A stretch of 64,000 nucleotides of DNA from Candidatus Moraniibacteriota bacterium (GTDB lineage: Bacteria > Patescibacteriota > Minisyncoccia > Moranbacterales > GCA-2747515). The DNA lies in the NCBI GenBank assembly GCA_016699795.1, contig CP065011.1, forward strand, positions 947,449 through 1,011,448, given 5' to 3'. Position numbers and translations under genes: made by a program. The notes beneath the pieces were generated by a model. The model had not been told where the DNA came from and searched no databases. It worked only from the letters and a program-made list of their open reading frames with translations. Below, piece after piece: positions 1 through 9,833 of this stretch. The stretch's first letter is position 1, and each line of letters starts with the position of its first letter.

Positions 1-1
1 T

Positions 2-3000
2 TTTGATAAAGAAAGTTATACAAAAGGAGAAACAGCTAATGTATCTTTTGGTTGGACAGGGTCTGCTGATCAATTTTTAGGAGCGAGGAATAAAACAAAG
101 ATAGCAGGGACTGCCTATCTAGAAATATCTGATGCTCAAGGAGTGTGCGCAAAAGAAGTTGAAGCACCTTTTGATTCAGCTTCAGGATCGGGTTATGAGC
201 ATAAAGCGATGAATATTGAAATAACAAAAAATTGTACTCAGCCAACAATACGTGTGGTAGTAAAAAACAAAGAAGGAAAAACTTTGGATGAACGAAGCGT
301 CTCAGCAAATACAGAAGAAAAACAAGAAGGAATATCTTACGCAGGTATTTCCCAAAAAACTCTTCTTATTTCTCTCTTAGCTTTGCTTTCAGGATTTCTT
401 GCTTTTATCGTATTAAAAAAAAGTAGAAGAAGGAAAGGAATAGTTTCTCTTTTTGCTTTCTTCTTGGGTGTTAATATGTTTTTCGTAGCTCAAGATGTGA
501 GTGCGGATACGTTTGTGTTTAGAAATGCAAATACAGATTTTGTTGTAACTGCAAACCATAATAAAAACGAATATTCTCCAAATGAAAATGCCACCACGAC
601 GACAACTATAAAGTCAATAGCTTGCAATAATGGTTGGATGGGAATTAGTGCTGAGTTGTGGTTGACGAGTCCACAAAGTAAAAAAATAAATACATGGCTA
701 GCGAATACTTTTATTAATAGCGGTTGGTCAAACTGTACATTTGCTTTTAATTTTTATCATGATCATTATCGCTGTACAAGTAATGGAGTAGGAACTTTTA
801 ATGTTGGCACTAGTGCTACCTATCCAAGTACTAAAAATGCGAATTATAAGTTGGATATGGTCGTATATGATGGTTATAATCAATATCAAACAGGTACTTT
901 TTCCATTCCCTACTCCATTGTTTCTGAAAAGGCTCTCGCCGTTTCCAAAAGTGGCACGGGTTCAGGGCTCGTAACATCAGCTCCTTCCGGAATAAATTGT
1001 GGAGCTGATTGTTCACAAAATTATAATACCGGAACGACGGTTACTCTTACAGCATCGCCTTTAGCTGGAAGTACTTTTTCAAGTTGGACAGGATGCGATA
1101 GTGTAAACGGTGCAACTTGTACGGTTACTATGAATGCAGCGAAAACAGTTACGGCAGGATTTAATTTAATTCCTGTTTGTATGGGAACACGTCCTGCAAA
1201 TACAATAGTATATGATGGTGATACAGTAAATCTTACTCAGAATGTAGATTATCTTTATCACGCAACAGGTACTGCTCGTAAATGCGAATATCGTTGTAAT
1301 ACTGGCTATACTTGGAATGGATCTGCTTGTGTTCTTCCTGCTTATTCTTGTACAGGAACCGATCCCGCAAACGCTACATTATGTTCAGGAGACACTACCG
1401 GTCTTTCTGCAAATACAGCAAAAACTTTAGTAAATAGTTGTACAGCAACCAAATGCGAATTCACCTGCAATGCTGGATACCACAAAAACGGAACTGTCTG
1501 TACACAAAACCCAACCTGTGGTCCTTCAGCTGGAGGGTCATACATCAATGCTCCCACAACAGGTCTTTGTTCCATAGGAACAGCAAGTCCTGTAGCAGGC
1601 GCATGGAATTGGACTTGTTTTAATGGTGCTTCCAATATAGCGTGCAATGCTACTAAACCAGCTGTTGTAAATGGATCTTGTGGAACGAATCGTTCTACGT
1701 ACGCATCTACAGTAACAGCATGGCCTTCAGTTGCACCAACAGCTTTCTGCGCCACAGGAACACTTAGTGGAGTTACTCCTACTTTTCCAAGTATCGGAGG
1801 TTCTACTTCATGGAATTGTCTTGGCTCAGGAGGAGGAGCTACAGCAACATGTTCGGCTTCTAGAAATGTAGCTGTAGCTTACGCATGCACAGGAACCAAT
1901 CCCGCAAACGCAACATTATGTTCAGGAGATGCTACTGGTCTTTCTGTAAATACAGCAAAAGTTGTAGCAAGTTCTTGTAGTACTCCTGCAGGCTCAGCAC
2001 CAAAATGCGAATTCACCTGCAATGCTGGATACCACAAAAACGGAACTGTCTGTACACAAAACCCAACCTGTGGTCCTTCAGCTGGACAATCATTTATCAC
2101 TGCTCCCACAACAGAACTTTGCTCCATAGGAACAGCAAGTGCTGTATCAGGCGCATGGCTCTGGACTTGTTCCAATGGTGCTTCTACCATATCGTGCAAT
2201 GCTACTAAACCAACTGTTGTGAATGGAGCTTGTGGAACGAATCGTTCTACGTATGCCTCTACAGTAACAGCATGGCCTTCAGTTATACCAACAGCTTTCT
2301 GCGCCACAGGAACACTTAGTGGAGTTACTCCTACCTTCCCAATTATCGGAGGCTCTACTTCATGGAATTGTCTTGGTTCAGGGGGAGGAAGTACGATAGC
2401 ATGTTTGGCTTCTAGAAATGTAGCATTAGTTGCTCCCGCTCCCAATCTCAAAATCAATGGTTCTGATGGACCTCTCACCATAAATGCAGGAGCAAATCTT
2501 AATCTTACCTGGCCTGCTGTAGCCAATGCTACAAGCTGTACAGGATCAGGAACTGGATGGACTGGAGCAAAAAGTGTTTCTGGAGGAAGCGATTGGATTT
2601 TTGCAACAGCTTCTTCTACCTACACTATTACCTGTACCGGACCAGGAGGGAGTGGAAATGATTCTGTTACGGTAACTGTAACGACTCCTGCACCCGCTCC
2701 CAATCTCAAAATCAATGGTTCTGATGGACCTCTCACCATAAATGCAGGAGCAAATCTTAATCTTACCTGGCCTGCTGTAGCCAATGCTACAAGCTGTACA
2801 GGATCAGGAACTGGATGGGTTGGAGTAAAAAGTTATCTTGGAGGAAATGATACTATATTAGCAACTACAACCTCAACCTACACTATTACCTGTACCGGAC
2901 CAGGAGGGAGTGGAACGGACTCCGTTAGTGTAACGGTAACAGCTATTCCCCAACACACACTCACTGTTACACTAGTTGGTCCTGGTTCTGCAGTATCTTG

Positions 3001-3451
3001 CAACCTCCCTTCTTGTCTATCAGCAATAATTAATCAGGGAACCCTCATTGAGCTTCATGCAGATCCAATACCAGCCTCTAATGCAAAATTTATAGGATGG
3101 AATGCTACTGGAACAAATCCTTGTGACAATATCAATAAAGATTGTTCTTTTAATATAGGTGAGGACGAACATTTAACAGCAAACTTTGAATGTTTGAAAG
3201 GCTATGATCCAGTTGGAGGAGGAACGTGCGTCGGTGTTACAGGTAAATGTAGTGATGATCATAATGCAAATTCTTGCTATGAAGGAAATCTTAATGATGT
3301 GACTGACGACAATTTCTTCTGTGAAGAAGGAACTAAAGAAAACGTTAAATACGCTTCTGGAAAATGGACGTGGACATGCTATGGAGGTCTTGCTTCTTCT
3401 GGTACCTGCACTACAAATCAATGCGCACGATACAAAGAACTAAATCCCTAA
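2..3451 (+). CDS. Large Cys-rich cell-surface repeat protein, 5' end outside window. The frame is open to position 2. It has an internal TM hairpin (LLISLLALLSGFLAFIVL-KKSRRRKG-IVSLFAFFLGVNMFFVA), then two ~185-aa Cys-rich repeats and two ~85-aa Ig/PKD-like repeats
   Basis: The ORF has no upstream stop. Hydrophobic segments were read directly. Near-identical tandem DNA repeats lie at about 1320-1870 / 1878-2430 and 2438-2690 / 2693-2945. It has a Cys-rich Thr/Ser/Gly-rich extracellular composition. Confidence 0.6.
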   Translation, partial: FDKESYTKGETANVSFGWTGSADQFLGARNKTKIAGTAYLEISDAQGVCAKEVEAPFDSASGSGYEHKAMNIEITKNCTQPTIRVVVKNKEGKTLDERSVSANTEEKQEGISYAGISQKTLLISLLALLSGFLAFIVLKKSRRRKGIVSLFAFFLGVNMFFVAQDVSADTFVFRNANTDFVVTANHNKNEYSPNENATTTTTIKSIACNNGWMGISAELWLTSPQSKKINTWLANTFINSGWSNCTFAFNFYHDHYRCTSNGVGTFNVGTSATYPSTKNANYKLDMVVYDGYNQYQTGTFSIPYSIVSEKALAVSKSGTGSGLVTSAPSGINCGADCSQNYNTGTTVTLTASPLAGSTFSSWTGCDSVNGATCTVTMNAAKTVTAGFNLIPVCMGTRPANTIVYDGDTVNLTQNVDYLYHATGTARKCEYRCNTGYTWNGSACVLPAYSCTGTDPANATLCSGDTTGLSANTAKTLVNSCTATKCEFTCNAGYHKNGTVCTQNPTCGPSAGGSYINAPTTGLCSIGTASPVAGAWNWTCFNGASNIACNATKPAVVNGSCGTNRSTYASTVTAWPSVAPTAFCATGTLSGVTPTFPSIGGSTSWNCLGSGGGATATCSASRNVAVAYACTGTNPANATLCSGDATGLSVNTAKVVASSCSTPAGSAPKCEFTCNAGYHKNGTVCTQNPTCGPSAGQSFITAPTTELCSIGTASAVSGAWLWTCSNGASTISCNATKPTVVNGACGTNRSTYASTVTAWPSVIPTAFCATGTLSGVTPTFPIIGGSTSWNCLGSGGGSTIACLASRNVALVAPAPNLKINGSDGPLTINAGANLNLTWPAVANATSCTGSGTGWTGAKSVSGGSDWIFATASSTYTITCTGPGGSGNDSVTVTVTTPAPAPNLKINGSDGPLTINAGANLNLTWPAVANATSCTGSGTGWVGVKSYLGGNDTILATTTSTYTITCTGPGGSGTDSVSVTVTAIPQHTLTVTLVGPGSAVSCNLPSCLSAIINQGTLIELHADPIPASNAKFIGWNATGTNPCDNINKDCSFNIGEDEHLTANFECLKGYDPVGGGTCVGVTGKCSDDHNANSCYEGNLNDVTDDNFFCEEGTKENVKYASGKWTWTCYGGLASSGTCTTNQCARYKELNP

Positions 3452-3521
3452 AAAGTACAAAAACGTAAGAAACTAACAAAGTAAAAAAGTAAAGTACAAA
3501 AATACAAAAACTTAGAACAGA

Positions 3522-3550
3522 AGACTCTTCCTGAGGGAGGAGTCTTTTTT
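3522..3550 (+). terminator. Rho-independent terminator (stem gactcttcc / ggaggagtc, loop tgag, T6)
   Basis: GC-rich hairpin followed by tttttt immediately after the stop of the surface-protein gene. Confidence 0.5.
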
Positions 3551-3715
3551 GAGAAGAGGAGGCGTTAAAAAGATCTAAGTCTATACAATGTATGTAATAT
3601 CTATCATTTTCAAATCTTATTGATGGTATCTTTTATCCGCACTAGACAATATTTTCTTTTCTTACTATACTTACACTTAGTATAAAAGTGTTACTAAAAA
3701 AATAATAAAAAACGT

Positions 3716-4165
3716 ATGCAGAAAAATAAACTTTTAATAGGAATCCTCATTATTTCTCTCACAGGAGGTATTTTAGTTGTTTTGGGAGTATTTTTCCCAA
3801 AAAATGAAAATCAACAAACAGAAATGATACAAGGAAAACCAACTGAAACAAAAAAAGAAATAACACAAAAAGAATCAAAAGCTGTTTCAGATACTTCCAT
3901 GAAAAAAGAAGATGATGGTGTATCAAAACTTTCTGGAATGATTGTAGAACTTTCTCAATTTCCAGAGACTCAAGATGTGCAAATTGTTTTGTCTGTTTTG
4001 AGTGATTCCGGTACCCAAGAAGAATATAAATTCTTTCTTTCTAAAGGAAAAACTTTAGGAATCGAGAATGCTAAAATTGAAAACAAAGTAACCCTTTCCT
4101 TTCAAGGAGATCCTTCTTCTACGAGTTATGTCGTAGCAGATGCGATTACTCTTATGGAAAAGTAA
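3716..4165 (+). CDS. Hypothetical membrane-anchored protein (N-terminal TM, Lys/Glu-rich ectodomain)
   Basis: 149-aa ORF with N-terminal hydrophobic helix LLIGILIISLTGGILVVLGVFF; no recognisable motif. Confidence 0.45.
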   Translation: MQKNKLLIGILIISLTGGILVVLGVFFPKNENQQTEMIQGKPTETKKEITQKESKAVSDTSMKKEDDGVSKLSGMIVELSQFPETQDVQIVLSVLSDSGTQEEYKFFLSKGKTLGIENAKIENKVTLSFQGDPSSTSYVVADAITLMEK

Positions 4166-4200
4166 AGAAGAATAAAAGGTATTTATAAAAGAAGCTTACA

Positions 4201-4232
4201 AAATCTCCTCCTTAAAAGAGGGGATTTTTGTA
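4201..4232 (+). terminator. Rho-independent terminator (aaatctcctc / gaggggattt stem plus T-run)
   Basis: 10-bp stem with one GU pair followed by ttttt. Confidence 0.4.
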
Positions 4233-4315
4233 TTATTTAAAAAAAGAAAAAGAGACTTCGAAAGATAGATTGTTGTGGGAATGTGTTTGAGTAGTTATAA
4301 AATATTTTTTAGAAT

Positions 4316-6073
4316 GTGGTATACTGGGCATCTATGATATGGGAAATACAACCGTTCCACAGACAAGCACAGATTTTTGCCAAAGAACTTAATCTTGATG
4401 AGTTATTAGCACATCTCCTTTTAGCAAGAGGAATAGACTCGATACAAAAGGCAAATGATTTTTTGACTCCTGATTATGAAAAACATCTTCATGATCCTTT
4501 TTTATTTCCCGATCTCGCATCTATTGTAAGAAGAATAGAAAAGGCCATAAAGAAAAAAGAAAAAATAGGAGTGTTTGGTGACTATGATGCGGATGGCGTA
4601 ACGGGAAGCGCTGTTCTTCGTGAAGCATTGGAAGGTCTAGGCTTGGAAATAGTTGTTCATATTCCAGATAAACACAAAGAAGGACATGGTTTAAGTTATG
4701 AAGGAATACAAGTTTTTGAAGAAGCGGGAATAAAACTTTTTTTTACCGTTGATTGTGGTATTACCAATAAAGATGAAATCGCTTTTGCTAAGAAAAAAGG
4801 ATTAGATTGTATTGTTGTGGACCATCATCATGTTCCAGAAATTATGCCAGATGCTTTGGCTATAATTAATCCAAAAATTCCTCATTGTGGATATCCTTTT
4901 AATGGACTTTGCGGAGCAGGAACGGCCTTTAAAGTGGCGCAGGGACTTTATCAAAAACTTGCTCCAGAAAAGGAGGATCAATTGAAATGGCTTCTTGATA
5001 TTGTGGCTATAGGGACTGTCGCTGACTGTATGCCGATTATTGATGAAAATAGAATTTTTGTTCGATACGGTTCTGTTGTTCTTGCTAAAACTCGTCGAGT
5101 TGGACTTCGTGAGTTGTACACTGCAGGAAGAATACCTATAAATGATTCTAAACATCCTGATGCTATGATGATAGCTTTTCAGATTGCACCAAGGATTAAC
5201 GCTGCTGGACGCATGGCTCATGCACGTCTTGCTCATGATCTTTTAGTGGAAACTAATAAAGAAAGAGCTTATTCTTTAGCACAAGAATTGGAAAATCATA
5301 ATACCCAAAGGAAAAAATTGAGTGATAGAATTGTTAAAGATGTGCGTCAAAGAGCTAAGAATGAATTTGAAAAGAGGAATACTATTGTTGTTGCAGATAA
5401 AGAATATCCTTTGGGTATTGTGGGTTTGATCGCTGGGAAAATAGCCGAAGAATTCTCAAAACCCACAATAGTACTTGCAGAAAAGGAAGATGAAGATGTA
5501 TATCAAGGTTCTCTTCGGAGCTCTCAAGGGGTGAATCTTATGACGGTATTGGAAGAATGTTCGCATTTTTTGGAAAAATATGGAGGTCATGCTCAAGCTG
5601 CAGGACTTACTGTGAAAAAGGAAAATTTTAAAGTTTTTTCAGATCATTTTGAATTTGTGGTTACGAAAGAATTAGGAAAAGGAGAAAAATATGAAGAAAG
5701 GCTTATAGATGCTGAAATATTTTCTCAGCATATAACTTTGGAATTTTTAAAATATTTACATCAATTTTCACCTTTTGGAGAAGGGAATCCTGAGCCAATA
5801 TTTTTTATTCGAGATGTTCTTATTTCTGATGTTCGATTTTTGGGAAATAGCAATCAACACCTTAAATTAAAGATTCGTTTAGAAGGGGAGGCTTCTTGGC
5901 AAATAATTGATGCTATAGGATTTTCTCTTGGCGAGAAATTTTCGGATATTTCTGTGGGAGAAAAAATTCATCTTGTAGGAAGGCTTCGAGAAAATGAATG
6001 GAATGGGAAAATTTCAGTACAAATAACCATAGAGGACATTCGTCGATCAAATCAAGATGATACGAAATATTGA
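4316..6073 (+). CDS. recJ: Single-stranded-DNA-specific exonuclease RecJ (DHH/DHHA1)
   Basis: DHH-family motifs GDYDADGVTG, VVDHHH, GGHAQAAG; RecJ-like length and domain order. Confidence 0.88.
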   Translation: MVYWASMIWEIQPFHRQAQIFAKELNLDELLAHLLLARGIDSIQKANDFLTPDYEKHLHDPFLFPDLASIVRRIEKAIKKKEKIGVFGDYDADGVTGSAVLREALEGLGLEIVVHIPDKHKEGHGLSYEGIQVFEEAGIKLFFTVDCGITNKDEIAFAKKKGLDCIVVDHHHVPEIMPDALAIINPKIPHCGYPFNGLCGAGTAFKVAQGLYQKLAPEKEDQLKWLLDIVAIGTVADCMPIIDENRIFVRYGSVVLAKTRRVGLRELYTAGRIPINDSKHPDAMMIAFQIAPRINAAGRMAHARLAHDLLVETNKERAYSLAQELENHNTQRKKLSDRIVKDVRQRAKNEFEKRNTIVVADKEYPLGIVGLIAGKIAEEFSKPTIVLAEKEDEDVYQGSLRSSQGVNLMTVLEECSHFLEKYGGHAQAAGLTVKKENFKVFSDHFEFVVTKELGKGEKYEERLIDAEIFSQHITLEFLKYLHQFSPFGEGNPEPIFFIRDVLISDVRFLGNSNQHLKLKIRLEGEASWQIIDAIGFSLGEKFSDISVGEKIHLVGRLRENEWNGKISVQITIEDIRRSNQDDTKY

Positions 6074-6125
6074 AATAAAAATATCGGTTTGCTCTTGTTT
6101 TTAGCAAGGAGTATACTAAGAGAAT

Positions 6126-6560
6126 ATGGAATACCAAAAAATATATATGTACACTGACGGGGCTTCTCGTGGAAATCCAGGACCAGCGTCTATTGGCGTT
6201 CATATTGAAACTTTAGAAAAGGATTATGGCGAATATATAGGGGAAACCACAAATAATGATGCAGAATACCAAGCGCTTATTTTTGGTCTTAAGAAAATAA
6301 AAGCTCTTATAGGGAAAGAAAAAGCAAAAAAAATAGCAGTAGAATGTTTATTAGATAGTGAATTAGTAGTGAAACAACTTAATCATAAATATAAAATATT
6401 ACACGAAACTACACGAAAACATTTTCTGGAAATATGGAATCTTATGTTGGATTTTTCTGAAGTAAGATTTACGCATATATTTCGAGAAAAGAATACTATT
6501 GCGGATGCTCTTGCTAATAAAGCTTTAGATGAAAGAAATAAACAGACATTATTTTTGTAA
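6126..6560 (+). CDS. rnhA: Ribonuclease HI
   Basis: N-terminal YTDGASRGNPGPASIGV, the classic RNase H type 1 catalytic motif (TDGS..GNPG); 144 aa. Confidence 0.85.
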   Translation: MEYQKIYMYTDGASRGNPGPASIGVHIETLEKDYGEYIGETTNNDAEYQALIFGLKKIKALIGKEKAKKIAVECLLDSELVVKQLNHKYKILHETTRKHFLEIWNLMLDFSEVRFTHIFREKNTIADALANKALDERNKQTLFL

Positions 6561-6568
6561 AAATACAT

Positions 6569-7594
6569 ATGAAAAAGATATTGATGTCCAAATGGTTTTG
6601 GTTCTTGGTTTTTCTTGGAGGAGGTGGCTATTGGTGGTGGGCGAGTAATCAAGAAAAAGTTCCTGAATACGAAACCGTGACAGTAGGAAGGACAACTATA
6701 ACGGAAATTATTGACCTTACGGGAGCTGTGGAGCCTGTTTCTTATGCTGATACCTCTTTTGAAATAAGTGGCCAGGTGGAAAGCGTTTCTGTTAAAATCG
6801 GAGATACGGTAAAAGAAGGGCAGATATTAGCACGCCTTGAGGGGGCGCAATATTATGCTTCACTTTCTCAAGCTGAAACAGCAGCGAGAATCGCTGAAAC
6901 TGACGAGCGTCTTGCTCGAACGAGAGAATTAACAGCGGGAAGAAAGTGGGATGAATTAAAACCAGAAGAACGAGAAGTCATAAAATTAAGATCTCAGCAA
7001 GCCAGACAAAATGCATCGATTGCAGCTGCTCAACTTAAAAAAATTTACTTACGATCTCCTATGGAGGGAATTGTAACAAAATTTGATTTGAAAGTTGGAG
7101 AATTTACGGGAGTAGGATCTTCCTCAGTGCGAATTACTTCGGGAAAAGATTTTCGTATTATAGCTGATATTTCGGAATCTGATATTGTACAGCTTGCAGT
7201 AGGCCAGGAAGGAACTGCAAAATTTGATTCTTTAGATGTGCGTGAAAAACAAGGCGTTGTTGTTCGGGAGATTGAACCAGAGGCCAAAATAATTCAGGGT
7301 GTAGTTTATTATACGGTTCATTTTGATTTGAAAGAACAAGATACTCGCTTAATGTCTGGAATGAGTACTGATATTGAGGTTCGTGTAGCAGAAAGTCAGC
7401 AAGCACTTTTCTTACCTTTTCGATCGGTATATGAAACAGAAAATCGTGTTTTCGTAGAAATTTTTGCTCCAGACGGTTCTATTATTGAGAAGGATATTCG
7501 TATAGGATTGAGTGATGATGAGGGAAATATTGAAATTCTTTCTGGTTTAGAAGAAGGCGATATTGTTGTTGTTCGACCGAGAAAAAGCCTTTGA
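6569..7594 (+). CDS. HlyD/MacA-family periplasmic adaptor (membrane fusion protein)
   Basis: N-terminal TM, biotinyl-lipoyl-like beta domain, coiled-coil segment; lies upstream of an ABC ATPase and FtsX permeases. Confidence 0.75.
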   Translation: MKKILMSKWFWFLVFLGGGGYWWWASNQEKVPEYETVTVGRTTITEIIDLTGAVEPVSYADTSFEISGQVESVSVKIGDTVKEGQILARLEGAQYYASLSQAETAARIAETDERLARTRELTAGRKWDELKPEEREVIKLRSQQARQNASIAAAQLKKIYLRSPMEGIVTKFDLKVGEFTGVGSSSVRITSGKDFRIIADISESDIVQLAVGQEGTAKFDSLDVREKQGVVVREIEPEAKIIQGVVYYTVHFDLKEQDTRLMSGMSTDIEVRVAESQQALFLPFRSVYETENRVFVEIFAPDGSIIEKDIRIGLSDDEGNIEILSGLEEGDIVVVRPRKSL

Positions 7595-7615
7595 TATTTT
7601 TTTGAGAAAAATTTT

Positions 7616-8410
7616 ATGGTACCCCTTATTGTTTGTGATTCTCTCGTTAAATCTTATGAGAGTGAAGGTGTAAAAACCGATGTTCTTCGAGGAATTTCGC
7701 TTTCTATAGGAAAGGGGGAATTTGTTTCTATTATGGGACCATCAGGATCGGGAAAGTCTACCCTTATGCATATATTGGGCTTATTAGAGGTTCCAACGGG
7801 GGGTCTTTATACTTTTTATGACAAAAATGTGAAAGAACTTACTGAAAATGAGGTGGCTTATTTAAGAAATCAAAATATAGGTTTTGTTTTTCAATCTTTT
7901 AATTTATTACCTCGAACAAGTGTTTTTGAAAATGTCGAACTTCCTTTGCTGTATGATATTTATGATGAAGAAGAAAAAAGTTGTGACAGAGAAATAAAAA
8001 CAATGAATCGAATAAAACGATTTTTTACGGGATCAACGAAGCAATGCCATGCTGAAAAAGTCAAGAAAGCTTTACTTTCAGTAGGAATGGATCATCGTAT
8101 GACATATCGTTCGAATCAGCTTTCTGGAGGAGAGAAGCAACGAGTAGCTATTGCTCGTGCGCTTGTAAATAATCCTGAAATTATTTTTGCTGACGAGCCC
8201 ACGGGAAATCTTGATTCCAAATCAGGTCTTCAGGTGATGCAAATTCTTCAGCAGCTCAACGATGCTGGTCATACTATTGTTTTAGTAACGCATGAAACCT
8301 ATACAGCTGAGCATGCTAAAAGAATTATTCGTATTCTTGATGGAAAAATTGAATCAGATGAAACTCTTTTAGAATGGAGAGATGCTCGGTATGAAAGTAA
8401 ATTAAAATAA
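7616..8410 (+). CDS. ABC transporter ATP-binding protein (MacB/LolD-type) with a ~30-aa Cys-containing insertion before the signature motif
   Basis: Walker [10 protein letters not shown], signature [15 protein letters not shown], Walker [13 protein letters not shown]; extra segment ...EEEKSCDRE...TKQCHAEK... that the second paralog at 38134 lacks. Confidence 0.85.
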   Translation: MVPLIVCDSLVKSYESEGVKTDVLRGISLSIGKGEFVSIMGPSGSGKSTLMHILGLLEVPTGGLYTFYDKNVKELTENEVAYLRNQNIGFVFQSFNLLPRTSVFENVELPLLYDIYDEEEKSCDREIKTMNRIKRFFTGSTKQCHAEKVKKALLSVGMDHRMTYRSNQLSGGEKQRVAIARALVNNPEIIFADEPTGNLDSKSGLQVMQILQQLNDAGHTIVLVTHETYTAEHAKRIIRILDGKIESDETLLEWRDARYESKLK

Positions 8411-8576
8411 ATATACGTTTTTATTTTTGAAACGATGTGAGAAATTGGTTATATTTTCGTCGAAAGAAAAAATAATCTTATTGAGCGAAAGTGTGAAATG
8501 CATACCTCAAAACAAGAACTAAGAAAGTTTCTCAATATATTTAGAATAGTAAATGTTTTTCTGAAGCCGAGAATAT

Positions 8577-9824
8577 ATGATACGAAGACTACTACTCACA
8601 TGGAAACTTGCCTGGTCAAATATGATGGCTGCAAAATTGCGGACATTTTTGACTGTATTAGGAATTGTTATTGGCATCTCTGCTGTTATGATTGTTATGA
8701 GTGTGGGTTCAAGCGCACAATCTCTTATTCTTGACCAAGTGAGAAATGTGGGATCTGATCTTGTTATTATTCTTCCTGGTGAATCTGAAGAAGATGGTCC
8801 TCCCGCCATAGCTTTTGGTGTTGCTATAACAACCCTCACCAATGAGGATGTGGAAGCTATGAAGAAAAAAGAAAATGTTCCATATGCTGTTTCTGTGGCA
8901 GGATATGCCAATGGAAGTACTATTGCTCAGTACAAGAATGAAAGTTTTAATGTGAATTTTAACGGAACATCTGCTGAATATATTAATGTAGAAAATGCGA
9001 AGATAGAGCGAGGAAGATATTTTACCCTTGACGAAGAAGCATCTCTTTCTCGCGTTGTAGTATTAGGGTTTACTCGGGCACGTGATCTATTTGGGGATAT
9101 TGATCCTGTAGGGAAGCAGATTATGTTAGGAAATTTTTCTTTTCGTGTCATTGGTGTTCTAAAAGAACGAGGTTCGGTAGCTTTTTCTAATCCTGACACA
9201 GAAATATTTATTCCACTTTCAACTTCTCAAAAACTTATGCTGGGTGTGGACTATCTTACGTATGCCAGAATGAAAGTGAATGATGAAAAAAATATCGATA
9301 TAACAAAATTACATGTCGAAAGACTTCTTCGAGATAGACATCATCTCGAATTTGGTGAGGCGAACGATTTTTCAGTTCGAGGCGCGGGAACAGCGCTTGA
9401 TCTTTTGAAAAAAGTTACCGACGCACTAAAGATTTTTCTTGTAGGTGTTGCGAGTGTTGCTCTTTTGGTTGGAGGTGTGGGAATTATGAATATTCTTCTT
9501 ATTTCTCTCAAACAGCGAATTCGAGATATTGGCTTAAGGAAAGCTCTAGGAGCTCTTAATAGTGATATATTTGCCCAATTTCTTGTAGAAGCAATTGGTA
9601 TTTCTCTTGTAGGCACCGTGATAGGAGTGATTGTGGGTATTTTTGTAACATATGTAGTGGCTATCATTGTACAAAATCTTGGCTATAATTGGCCTTTTAT
9701 ATTGACATTTGAATCTGTGGGAATAGCTTTTGTTATCGCTTTGGCTATAGGAATTATTTTTGGTTTATATCCAGCAAAAAAAGCAGTGAAAATTTCTCCT
9801 ACAGAAGCACTCCGATACGAATAA
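8577..9824 (+). CDS. ABC transporter permease, MacB periplasmic-core plus FtsX domain
   Basis: N-terminal TM (FLTVLGIVIGISAVMIVMSVG), large periplasmic domain, C-terminal 3-TM FtsX-like region ending ...TEALRYE. Confidence 0.8.
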   Translation: MIRRLLLTWKLAWSNMMAAKLRTFLTVLGIVIGISAVMIVMSVGSSAQSLILDQVRNVGSDLVIILPGESEEDGPPAIAFGVAITTLTNEDVEAMKKKENVPYAVSVAGYANGSTIAQYKNESFNVNFNGTSAEYINVENAKIERGRYFTLDEEASLSRVVVLGFTRARDLFGDIDPVGKQIMLGNFSFRVIGVLKERGSVAFSNPDTEIFIPLSTSQKLMLGVDYLTYARMKVNDEKNIDITKLHVERLLRDRHHLEFGEANDFSVRGAGTALDLLKKVTDALKIFLVGVASVALLVGGVGIMNILLISLKQRIRDIGLRKALGALNSDIFAQFLVEAIGISLVGTVIGVIVGIFVTYVVAIIVQNLGYNWPFILTFESVGIAFVIALAIGIIFGLYPAKKAVKISPTEALRYE

Positions 9825-9833
9825 AAATATTTT

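Noticed and set aside
1342-2526. Minus-strand ORFs 1342-1755 (137 aa) and 1879-2526 (215 aa)
   Set aside because: They are antisense to the Cys-rich repeat region of the large plus-strand gene. They duplicate each other only because the underlying sense repeats are duplicated. They have no RBS and a low-complexity Ala/Val/Pro composition typical of antisense frames.
4802-5236. Minus-strand 144-aa ORF inside recJ
   Set aside because: It is fully embedded antisense in a confidently assigned gene, and its composition is Ser/Asn-rich AT-frame noise.
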